DNA of 33,749 nt from a bacterium (GTDB lineage Bacteria; SZUA-182; DTGQ01; JAFGSM01), in assembly GCA_049472335.1 (NCBI GenBank), contig JBLIRO010000054.1:1-33749 (forward strand). Reading direction: 5' to 3'. Numbering within the stretch: the first letter of the stretch is position 1; each line of letters opens with the position of its first letter. The position numbers and the translations under genes were made by a program. Positions 1 through 7,633 of this stretch are shown here, piece by piece. The notes under the pieces are model-generated. The model was given only the letters and a program-made list of their open reading frames with translations, did not search any database and was not told the origin of the DNA.

Positions 1-1803
1 GATGACATTTACCTCCTTTGCCCCCCTGGCCTATCACAAAACAGAAATATCCCTCCAAGCCTCCAGGGGCTTGATTATGCCATAAACACCTGGGCTGCAA
101 ATAACACAAAAGAGCTGCACCTCTATCTCACAGGTGAGGCAGGCACTACATGGCTCCGGATAAACAGCACACAGACACTCTCAGCCACACAGCTTGACAC
201 CTGGCTTGACCATCTTCAGACCGATACGAACGCCATAGTAACCCTCATATACGATGCCACCTCCTCAGGGGACTTCCTCCCCTCACTTATCCCACCTGAA
301 GGGAGAAAAAGGATAGTCATAACCAGCACAAAGCAGGACCAGCCTGCCCACTTCCTCTTAGAGGGAATACTCTCATTCTCTTCCTTCCTCTGGGGCACGA
401 TCATAAACGGGGAAAACCTGGAGGATGCCTTTCTCTATGCGGCCAATGCCATAAGCTATACCTCAGGTACCCAGGTCCCCATGCTGGATGACAATGGGGA
501 CGGCAAAGGATATACGGCAGGCTCGGACGGGATCTTTGCCAGAAGCCAGACCATAGGATACGGGTTTGCCGTGGCAGATGACGTGCCCATCATCGGGACA
601 ATCATGCCTGAGCAGTATCTTGATGAAGACACAAACGCCCTGATCTGGGTGGATGATGTAACAAGCACAGGCACCATAGATAGTGTCTGGGGTATCATCA
701 CCCCCCCTGACTACAGGCCTGACACCACTGTCACGGACCTTCCCAGGATAGAGCTGTCCCTTACAGGAGGGGGAAGATATGAGGGGTCCTATAACGGGTT
801 TTCGGAAAAGGGCCCTTACACAGTCACCGTATATGCCATGGACCCGAACAAAAACATATCACTCCCCAAAGAGACAAGGGTCTATCAGTTTGGTAATGAT
901 TACTCACCGGAGGAGGCAAACGTCATATCCCTGGACCAATCCTCTCCCCAGCCTCACATATTCAACAGGGCCGGTGATCAGGACTGGGTAAAGTTCTACG
1001 GCATAGAGGATGAGACCTATGAAATAACTATGCACCGTGAGATCGACACCAATGCCTGGATACCCCTGTTTGATATATATGAATCGGACGGTGTAACCCT
1101 GGTGGAACCACCCATCAGTTGGCCATGGAGCAAGAACGTTACCTGGCAATGTCCCAAGACAGACGTATATTATATCAAGATATGGAACTCCATCCCCTCA
1201 ATATATGGTGAAGAAACGCGGTATGACCTCACTGTATTTCCCCCTTGTTCATCCATAGACGGCACCATAAAGGGTATCATTCTGGATGCCTGTTCAGGCC
1301 TTCCTCTCAAGGGGGCTTTCATAAGCACTAGCATTGAGGGGAGACCTGGCGGGGGATCTGCCATGAGCCTTTCTGACGGAACGTATGAAATTTCCCATCC
1401 AAACGGCTACTGCAATATTCGGGTTGAAAAGGAAGGATATCATCCTTATACCTTTTCAGGGCTGTCTGTAAAAAAGATTGATCCCACCGTCTGGGACATC
1501 AAGCTTGAGCCATACGCCCTCTGCCTCTTACCAGGGGTGCATATCATCTCTTATCCTGTGCCTGTCAACAGCCTCCAAAGAGGAATCGATTCCTACGACC
1601 TGCTTCTGTGCCTGGGATCACCCAATGAGGTAGCAAGCATTCACAGACTGGATATGGAGCCGAATAGTCCGGATCATATGGAGTCAACATTCTATCTATT
1701 CGGAAAGCCCTCAGGGGCGAGGTTCCCCATCACCGAGACCGGGGAGTACCTGATTCACATGAAAAGGGAGAAGGTGATCTATTACAGCGATCTGCCGCAG
1801 TAA
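1..1803 (+). CDS. Large secreted multidomain protein, copy A (5' end outside the window): C13/caspase-fold pseudo-peptidase, Ig-like, PPC-like, carboxypeptidase-regulatory-like and C-terminal domain
   Basis: Frame 1 is open from base 1 (DDIYLLCPPG...LYLTGEAG...TLIYDATSSGDF...RIVITST...SFSSFLW) into the called 481..1803 ORF. DQDWVKF...YYIKI is PPC-like; GTIKGII...DGTYEI...VEKEGY is carboxypeptidase-regulatory-like. Confidence 0.85.
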   Translation, partial: DDIYLLCPPGLSQNRNIPPSLQGLDYAINTWAANNTKELHLYLTGEAGTTWLRINSTQTLSATQLDTWLDHLQTDTNAIVTLIYDATSSGDFLPSLIPPEGRKRIVITSTKQDQPAHFLLEGILSFSSFLWGTIINGENLEDAFLYAANAISYTSGTQVPMLDDNGDGKGYTAGSDGIFARSQTIGYGFAVADDVPIIGTIMPEQYLDEDTNALIWVDDVTSTGTIDSVWGIITPPDYRPDTTVTDLPRIELSLTGGGRYEGSYNGFSEKGPYTVTVYAMDPNKNISLPKETRVYQFGNDYSPEEANVISLDQSSPQPHIFNRAGDQDWVKFYGIEDETYEITMHREIDTNAWIPLFDIYESDGVTLVEPPISWPWSKNVTWQCPKTDVYYIKIWNSIPSIYGEETRYDLTVFPPCSSIDGTIKGIILDACSGLPLKGAFISTSIEGRPGGGSAMSLSDGTYEISHPNGYCNIRVEKEGYHPYTFSGLSVKKIDPTVWDIKLEPYALCLLPGVHIISYPVPVNSLQRGIDSYDLLLCLGSPNEVASIHRLDMEPNSPDHMESTFYLFGKPSGARFPITETGEYLIHMKREKVIYYSDLPQ

Positions 1804-1807
1804 TTTT
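1767..1807 (+). repeat. 41-bp direct repeat, copy 1 (3' end of secreted-protein gene A)
   Basis: ggagaaggtgatctattacagcgatctgccgcagtaatttt; 40/41 identical to 3873-3913 and similar to about 9484-9522. Confidence 0.95.
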
Positions 1808-1929
1808 ATCTAAAAGTTAAAAGGATAGCGAAAAAGTTAAGGAATATCCTTATACAATTAGTTCACTATATATTGAGTAAACTGTTTTTTTTTACAAATC
1901 ATCATTTAAATCCATCTGTTATTTATAGG

Positions 1930-2898
1930 CTAATTCTTTGAACGATTTAAAAATTCCTCAATATTCAATCTCTTCCAAAGTAATGCTGGATGTTTTTTTA
2001 ACAGAGGAATTAAATCAGGATATCCATGAAATAGAATCTCTGGCCTATAGTCTGCGTAATCCAGATACCTATCAAGAAATTCCTTCTCTGAGGAGGTAAA
2101 TCTTAATAAATCTTTTACGAAAGGATCTATTTTATTAAGTATATCTTTTTTATCAATCCTCTTATCCAAGGGAAGGAGTGGATAAAGGGATGCTTCTATT
2201 TCTGCGTCTGATACATTCCACAATCTATCAAGGCGAAATTCCCTAAGATCTTCCCTTTTAGAAGCTCCGAAGAGTATAACTGTTTTACGAAAAAGCTGCA
2301 TATCATAATTCTGCGAATAATCCACAATATTAGCAAGATCATAAACATCTCGTGCTGTCACTCTATCAAGGGCAGCAACAAATTTCCCTGCAAACAGTTC
2401 CTCCTTGGAAACAATTGCTATTTCAAATTGTCCGGAATCATCAAAAGCCTTAAAAAACTTTTTTTCAGGTGTCCCTATAGGCACGCGGAATAAATAATTA
2501 ATATCAAATTCTAAATTTTTATTATCACCCCATATGTTTTTATAACCAAGGCGCCATTTCCCTCCGGCATGCTCATTCCCGGGCTCTTTTAATAAACTAT
2601 AACCTTTGTCTTTTACAATTCTTATAAATGCCTCATCCATTTTGGGCCGCTCTTGCCTCATAATCCCAAGCTCAACATTTCCAATATAGTTCAAATCAAT
2701 ATCTACGGATAATCGAGATCTATTAAGATAGCAAAAATTTAACGCTGTGCCACCTTTTAAAAGCAACCTGTTTTTCAGAAAAGGATGCCTAAAGATATCC
2801 TGCAATAATCCTTCTAATCGAAGTACCTTCTCAATTAAATCTTCATTAAATCCCGTAGAATTGTTTATCTCCTCTAATATCCGCTTGGAAATATTCAA
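1930..2898 (-). CDS. abiEii: AbiEii-family nucleotidyltransferase toxin (type IV TA)
   Basis: LKGGTAL...RLSVDIDL and K..A..DR...RDVYD motifs. Likely TTG start at 2898 overlaps the upstream TGA and follows GGAGGAG. Confidence 0.9.
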   Translation of the reverse strand: MNISKRILEEINNSTGFNEDLIEKVLRLEGLLQDIFRHPFLKNRLLLKGGTALNFCYLNRSRLSVDIDLNYIGNVELGIMRQERPKMDEAFIRIVKDKGYSLLKEPGNEHAGGKWRLGYKNIWGDNKNLEFDINYLFRVPIGTPEKKFFKAFDDSGQFEIAIVSKEELFAGKFVAALDRVTARDVYDLANIVDYSQNYDMQLFRKTVILFGASKREDLREFRLDRLWNVSDAEIEASLYPLLPLDKRIDKKDILNKIDPFVKDLLRFTSSEKEFLDRYLDYADYRPEILFHGYPDLIPLLKKHPALLWKRLNIEEFLNRSKN

Positions 2899-3686
2899 AA
2901 CTCCTCCCACCCTCTTTTAATAATAATATCAGGCACCATCAGGTTCCATTCTTTTACAAGCTTCCCCTTTTTTCTCTCGGAATCAAAATAAACTGCGGAA
3001 ACAGGTGCCCTCTTTTTCAATTCCTTTAGCAGTTCCTCTTCCACAAAAAATTGTTCCCTATGCTGTTGTAAAAAAACCCCTGTCTTTGCATATAGTATAT
3101 TTTTCCCAAGGGCATCCAAATAAGCCATTATTTCATCAAAGTTTAGATAAGGATATTTTTCTACACATCTATAGACTTCCTCAATCCCACCTCCAAATTC
3201 AGGTCTGTCCAAACAATCAACAAAGGTCCTCTCCCGGTTGGTAAACCTTACAATAGCATTATGATAATATTCTTCTTTAATGCCTAACTGCACCGAATTA
3301 TTTTTTTTTAATCTTTCCGGTATCTTCACACTAATAAACTCATCATCCTTAAATTTAAATATCCGTTTCCTTAAGTCCGTATAGTAGAAAAATCTATGAA
3401 AAACACTATGGGCATATCCCATCAGCTCCAATGCAGAATGGAAACCAATAACTGCATCTTTGCTCAACCTGGAGGCTACGAGAAGGCTATCAGGATAAAA
3501 TTTGTCTGATGAACTTTCTTCAGGAATAACATAATATACCCCTCGTTTTATAATGCGAAGCCTACCCTTCTTTAGGTAGTATTTAAGATTGGAATAAACA
3601 GAAGTCATCTTTGCCTTTTTAAAACTCGATAAAAACTCATCTATGGTAAAAACAGGATGTTTATTAAAAAAAACCTTATAATCCAT
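2895..3686 (-). CDS. abiEi: AbiEi-family antitoxin / transcriptional regulator (type IV TA)
   Basis: N-terminal wHTH-like region (IIKRGVYYV), HSALELMG and ERTFVDCLDRP motifs; translationally coupled to the toxin. Confidence 0.88.
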   Translation of the reverse strand: MDYKVFFNKHPVFTIDEFLSSFKKAKMTSVYSNLKYYLKKGRLRIIKRGVYYVIPEESSSDKFYPDSLLVASRLSKDAVIGFHSALELMGYAHSVFHRFFYYTDLRKRIFKFKDDEFISVKIPERLKKNNSVQLGIKEEYYHNAIVRFTNRERTFVDCLDRPEFGGGIEEVYRCVEKYPYLNFDEIMAYLDALGKNILYAKTGVFLQQHREQFFVEEELLKELKKRAPVSAVYFDSERKKGKLVKEWNLMVPDIIIKRGWEEF

Positions 3687-3706
3687 TTTTTCCTTTTTTC
3701 TATTTT

Positions 3707-3810
3707 GTGTAATTAAGGGTAGTTTTATTACCTATTATAGCACAAATATGCAAATAATACTATTTGTAAATAAGTGCAATTAAAGGTAAAGCTATTACCC
3801 TTATCTACAC
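3707..3810 (-). promoter_or_regulatory. abiE promoter with two 37-bp imperfect palindromic operators
   Basis: 3707-3743 gtgtaattaagggtagttttattacctattatagcac and 3774-3810 gtgcaattaaaggtaaagctattacccttatctacac resemble each other and are each imperfect inverted repeats. An extended -10 TGcTATAAT (minus strand, 3734-3742) lies inside the first. Confidence 0.7.
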
Positions 3811-3872
3811 TTTTTCATAAATATAAATATTTTTCAAATATGCGTTGATTTTGTTTGAAATTATTTATTGAA

Positions 3873-3913
3873 GGAGAAGGTGATCTATCACAGCGATCTG
3901 CCGCAGTAATTTT
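3873..3913 (+). repeat. 41-bp direct repeat, copy 2 (isolated 3' end of the secreted-protein gene)
   Basis: ggagaaggtgatctatcacagcgatctgccgcagtaatttt, embedded in AT-rich non-coding DNA. Confidence 0.95.
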
Positions 3914-4074
3914 GAATGCTAACGATTTTCATCATACTTTGTAATATGAAATAAGTTATCATGACTATTATTTATATATAGATAAACGTTTTCAGGTAGA
4001 GATATCTAAGTATTGGTTAGAATATTGTCTGAAATTGAATTCAGGGATACTGGAATTTAGGGATACTGCAAATT

Positions 4075-4386
4075 TCATCCTTCTGATTTATAGACAATTT
4101 TCCCGTGTTTCAATATGTTTTCCAGGAATCCGCTTTTGTCTTTTTTTGTGCTCAATAATATCGGTTCAATCTTTTTGTTTATGCCGCGAACAAGATTAAA
4201 TAACTCTGCGCTTATTTTTAAATAATCACCTTCGATATCATCAACCACAACCGCAATATCAATATCACTATTTTCATCTGCAGTTCCTTTTAAATAAGAA
4301 CCGTAGATCACGATCATCTTAACCGGTATATAATTTCTTACTTTTTCTGCAAAACATTTCGCTATTTCAATAACATTTTGATCCAT
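4075..4386 (-). CDS. Minimal nucleotidyltransferase (MNT) of a HEPN-MNT pair
   Basis: YGSYLKG...SDIDIAVV motif, 103 aa, overlaps the HEPN gene. Confidence 0.9.
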   Translation of the reverse strand: MDQNVIEIAKCFAEKVRNYIPVKMIVIYGSYLKGTADENSDIDIAVVVDDIEGDYLKISAELFNLVRGINKKIEPILLSTKKDKSGFLENILKHGKIVYKSEG

Positions 4387-4763
4387 TTATAGAAATCTTT
4401 TGTCCTTAAATAAAGTTTTTTACACCTTTTATAATCAAGCGTCTTTAATAACCCTTCCTTGTCTTCAGGATATCTGGCTTGGATGTTAAGAGGCATTAGT
4501 TCATTAAAAAGTAAAAAGTGTTCTTCGTTGGCCTTCTCATCGAATCCCGATTTTTCTGAAAGTATTAAGAGGTTATGGGTATATGGTGGTTCATCTTGGA
4601 TATTGTGCCAGTGATAAGCCTTTAAAGATTTCTCTACAACCTGATGGCACAGAAATCCGACATAGAGAAAACGTTTCATTTTTAGCATTGCCATTGCACT
4701 TTCAAGATCATAGAGGGCTATATCCATCCAATATTCTTTTTTATTATTTATATCATCCTTCAT
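4362..4763 (-). CDS. HEPN domain protein
   Basis: W...A.YDL..A, FLCHQVVEKSLKA, PPYTHNL and ARYP motifs. Confidence 0.9.
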   Translation of the reverse strand: MKDDINNKKEYWMDIALYDLESAMAMLKMKRFLYVGFLCHQVVEKSLKAYHWHNIQDEPPYTHNLLILSEKSGFDEKANEEHFLLFNELMPLNIQARYPEDKEGLLKTLDYKRCKKLYLRTKDFYKWIKMLLK

Positions 4764-4860
4764 ATATCATCTGTTTATAAATGCACTTTTTTGAGGTAAG
4801 ACCCTAATATACTTCAACCTTATATTTGGGATTAAATAGTCTTAACTTTATATTGCTGCA

Positions 4861-4889
4861 AGTATATAAATAGAAAGTAATTTAGTCAA
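4861..4889 (-). promoter_or_regulatory. sigma70-type promoter of HEPN-MNT
   Basis: Minus strand TTGACT-N17-TATACT, about 100 bp upstream of the HEPN start. Confidence 0.7.
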
Positions 4890-5129
4890 GATATGAATAT
4901 GCAGCAATTCTGATTCTGTGGCCTGTACTTCCAAACCACTATCAAGGCTCTTAATATGGAGCGCCATGGGCACGAGACAGAAGGGGGTAGTAAACCGATC
5001 TCCACCCCAATGCTTACTCCATAAATATCATCCGACCGCCTACTTGATGATTCAGGGTCATAAAAGGCTCATGCTCTTATAGAGCGGGAGCAGTAAAAAC
5101 AAAGCGGAATAAGCGGGGTCTTTTATTAT

Positions 5130-5395
5130 CAGGCATGTATTAAATCAAGATATGGAGCTCAGTCCCTGCCATATATGGTGAAGGCATAAGGTATGATCTC
5201 TCTGTATTTATCCCTTATTCGTGTGATGGCACCATAAAGGGTGTCATACGGGATTACTATACAGGTCTTCCTGTCGAGGGAGCCCTCATAAGCATTAGTA
5301 GAGCAATCAATTCCTATGACCTGCTTCTGTGCATGGAATAACCTGATGAGGTTGCAAGCATTCACAGACTTTATACAGAGCCAAATGGTTTTGAT
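5130..5395 (+). pseudogene. Degenerate, internally deleted relic of the secreted-protein gene (copy C)
   Basis: atcaagatatgga...atatatggtgaag...ggcaccataaagggt matches about 1160-1331, then jumps to ttcctatgacctgcttctgtgc...gcaagcattcacagact matching about 1578-1674; contains stop codons. Confidence 0.85.
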
Positions 5396-5437
5396 GTCTG
5401 GATTTAAGATTGAGTTCTGATTGTGTAATGCAATTGA

Positions 5438-6928
5438 TCATTTGTCATCTCCCAGAATAGTATCCAGAACCTGCTTTCCTCTTTCAGTAAGGCGGTATTT
5501 TTGCAGTCGGCTTCGCGGTTTGTCCGGTATGGTCATTTCAATGAGGTCCTCATTCAGGGCGGGTGTAAGGTACTCATTGCTAAAATGCATTCGATCTCTC
5601 AGGTTAATTGCCACCATCAAGTCTCCACGACTCATCTCTCCGTGTAATGCCCGTATCAGACGATTAACTTGCGGGGTAACTTGCGGGGCGACTTGCGGGG
5701 TGACTTGCGGGGTAACAGGTGCTTTTCGGTGAATCGTGGTTACAAATCCGTCGGAGATCGCAAATTCCGGTTCAGGCAGGCTGGCTTCATGACATCGTCT
5801 GATCATATCAAGAGTTCCGGTGCCCATACGTTCAATGTATTTGGATAGATAGAGCGATTCTGCAAGCAGCGGATTGCCTGGCACTGAACCATGGGGCTCC
5901 TTCAGATTTTTCAGGGAAAGCGATGGCGGCAGATTACCTGGATTCCAGACCTCCAGCCGATCGGCAAACAGCATGACCTGCACGCTACCATTACTGGTAT
6001 AATCGCGATGAGCAACGGCGTTTACTATGGCCTCAGACACTACCTCGCTGGGGATCTCATATTTTACCGGAGCTTGTGGACCATCTTTGCGTGTACCAAT
6101 CCACAGATTGATCCTTGACATAACGAAGTCCACAGCTTGGTCGACCAGGTCAAAGACTGTTCCTTTGTAGACATGGTAAGACGGGATTGGTTTCGCCACC
6201 TCACTGCCGTGATAATGGGCACACTTGATTTCTGAGGAGATCAGGAAGCGCTGTGGTTGTTTGCCGAACAGTAAAATGGCAGCATGGGTAGGTCTGCCCC
6301 GATCTAACAGGTTAAGTTGAGTTAAAACATCCATTAGTGCCGCGTCTTCCTGCAGAGGGAAGCCCCTTGCACTGCGGGCATTTCGAATGAACCATCCTAC
6401 TTTTTCTACTGAAAGATCATCCAGGGAGGCATTTCGACAAAATGTGGAATCAAACGGACCGATACGAATTAGCTCCCGGTCTTCCAGATACTGAACAAGA
6501 CTGGCGTATACAGCGGCTATTAATTCAGCGATAGTTGTGAACCGACGACGTATAAGTTGGCTTCCTGCTTTCCTGATCAATGCCTGCATTTTTAAGTGTC
6601 GTGCTTTATCATCTGTCCCTTTGACAAAGATCAGACGGTGCTTGTGAAGCTTTGAGGCTAGTTCAAATTCTCTCTGAGTAGGTGAAACACCTTCCAAACC
6701 TTCATAACTATATTCATTTCCGAACAGGCCAAGGTAGATGACACATCTTTCAACGTCATCAAGATACAGCTCATCAGCACGACGGTCGTCGGCTGGAACA
6801 TCTTCAAACAAAAAAGGTTCGAAGAAGCGGCGCAGAAGCGGATCCCCTTTGAGAAAATCACGCAGTGCAGCCCGTTCTTCTATGAATTCTTTCTGAACAC
6901 TGCTGATGAATATGCATAGCCTGTTCAT
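5438..6928 (-). CDS. DUF4062 N-terminal domain + RecG-C/HATPase_c_4-like domain + C-terminal HTH protein
   Basis: IFISSVQKEF..ER and SPTQREFE (DUF4062); EAIVNAVAHRDY, DRLEVWNPG, P.NPLLA and IERMGTG (HATPase_c_4-like); IEMTIPDKPRSRLQKYRLT tail. Confidence 0.85.
   Translation of the reverse strand: MNRLCIFISSVQKEFIEERAALRDFLKGDPLLRRFFEPFLFEDVPADDRRADELYLDDVERCVIYLGLFGNEYSYEGLEGVSPTQREFELASKLHKHRLIFVKGTDDKARHLKMQALIRKAGSQLIRRRFTTIAELIAAVYASLVQYLEDRELIRIGPFDSTFCRNASLDDLSVEKVGWFIRNARSARGFPLQEDAALMDVLTQLNLLDRGRPTHAAILLFGKQPQRFLISSEIKCAHYHGSEVAKPIPSYHVYKGTVFDLVDQAVDFVMSRINLWIGTRKDGPQAPVKYEIPSEVVSEAIVNAVAHRDYTSNGSVQVMLFADRLEVWNPGNLPPSLSLKNLKEPHGSVPGNPLLAESLYLSKYIERMGTGTLDMIRRCHEASLPEPEFAISDGFVTTIHRKAPVTPQVTPQVAPQVTPQVNRLIRALHGEMSRGDLMVAINLRDRMHFSNEYLTPALNEDLIEMTIPDKPRSRLQKYRLTERGKQVLDTILGDDK
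5667..5716. repeat. 12-bp coding tandem repeat x4 (V[T/A]PQ linker)
   Basis: acttgcggggta acttgcggggcg acttgcggggtg acttgcggggta ac. Confidence 0.95.
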
Positions 6929-7039
6929 ATATGAAGTCTCTCTTGTTTTAATAGGGCCTTGAGCCGGTTCTCATTAAGTTCACGGATAGAGGTTAACGAT
7001 AAACGGTTAATTGTGGCTTAGCCCCACTGTGCCTTTTCA

Positions 7040-7290
7040 ATAAGTTATCTTGACTATTTTTATAACCAAGCGTCTTTAATAGCACTTCCTTGTCTTCAGG
7101 ATATCTGGCTTGAATTTTAAAACGCATTAGTTCATTAAAAAGTAAAAAAGTGTTCTTCATTGATCTTCTCATCGAATCCTGATTTTTCTGAAAGTATTGG
7201 AAGGTAAGCCCCTAATATACTTCAACCATATATTGCTGCAAGTATATAAATAGAGAGTTATTTAGTCAAGATATGAATATTTAGCAATTA
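7040..7290 (-). pseudogene. Collapsed duplicate of the HEPN-MNT module with its promoter retained
   Basis: Colinear patches match 3951-3976, 4427-4573, 4794-4826 and 4849-4909. MNT and the HEPN 5' half are deleted. TTGACT-N17-TATACT is intact at 7241-7269. Confidence 0.9.
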
Positions 7291-7395
7291 TTACGATTGA
7301 GTTAGCGGATACAGGAGTCAATCAAGATTTCAACTGTAAGTTACCTGAAATGAATATATGCCCCTTTAAACATGAAAACTATCTATTTTGTGCGA

Positions 7396-7419
7396 ATTGT
7401 GAAATCACAATAATTTCAC
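7396..7419. promoter_or_regulatory. Candidate operator (overlapping palindromes) upstream of copy B
   Basis: attgtga-aa-tcacaat and gtgaaat-N7-atttcac; regulator unknown. Confidence 0.3.
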
Positions 7420-7633
7420 TCAAGATACCAAAATGAATATTATTAATGACTGGTTTGCTTGGCAGTAATAAATAATTTATAATAAAAATTATTAGCTGGA
7501 TGTTTGTTGAATTTCTTATACTATTGCTTGGATGCTCCTATAGTTTGGCTTCCTGAAAATCTCTAAACAGAAAAGACTCTTTTGCATCAAAATTTCTTTC
7601 ATCAGCGGAAATGATTCTATAGAATTACTAAGG

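Noticed and set aside
216..1364. Minus-strand and alternate-frame ORFs over copy A (and equivalents at 8131..8394 and 8860..9057)
   Set aside because: Shadow ORFs; their apparent conservation simply reflects the DNA duplication.
5159..5365. 68-aa minus-strand ORF
   Set aside because: Antisense reading of relic C.
5130..5395. Relic C as a DGR template repeat
   Set aside because: Differences from copies A and B are not adenine-specific, include indels, and no reverse transcriptase is present.
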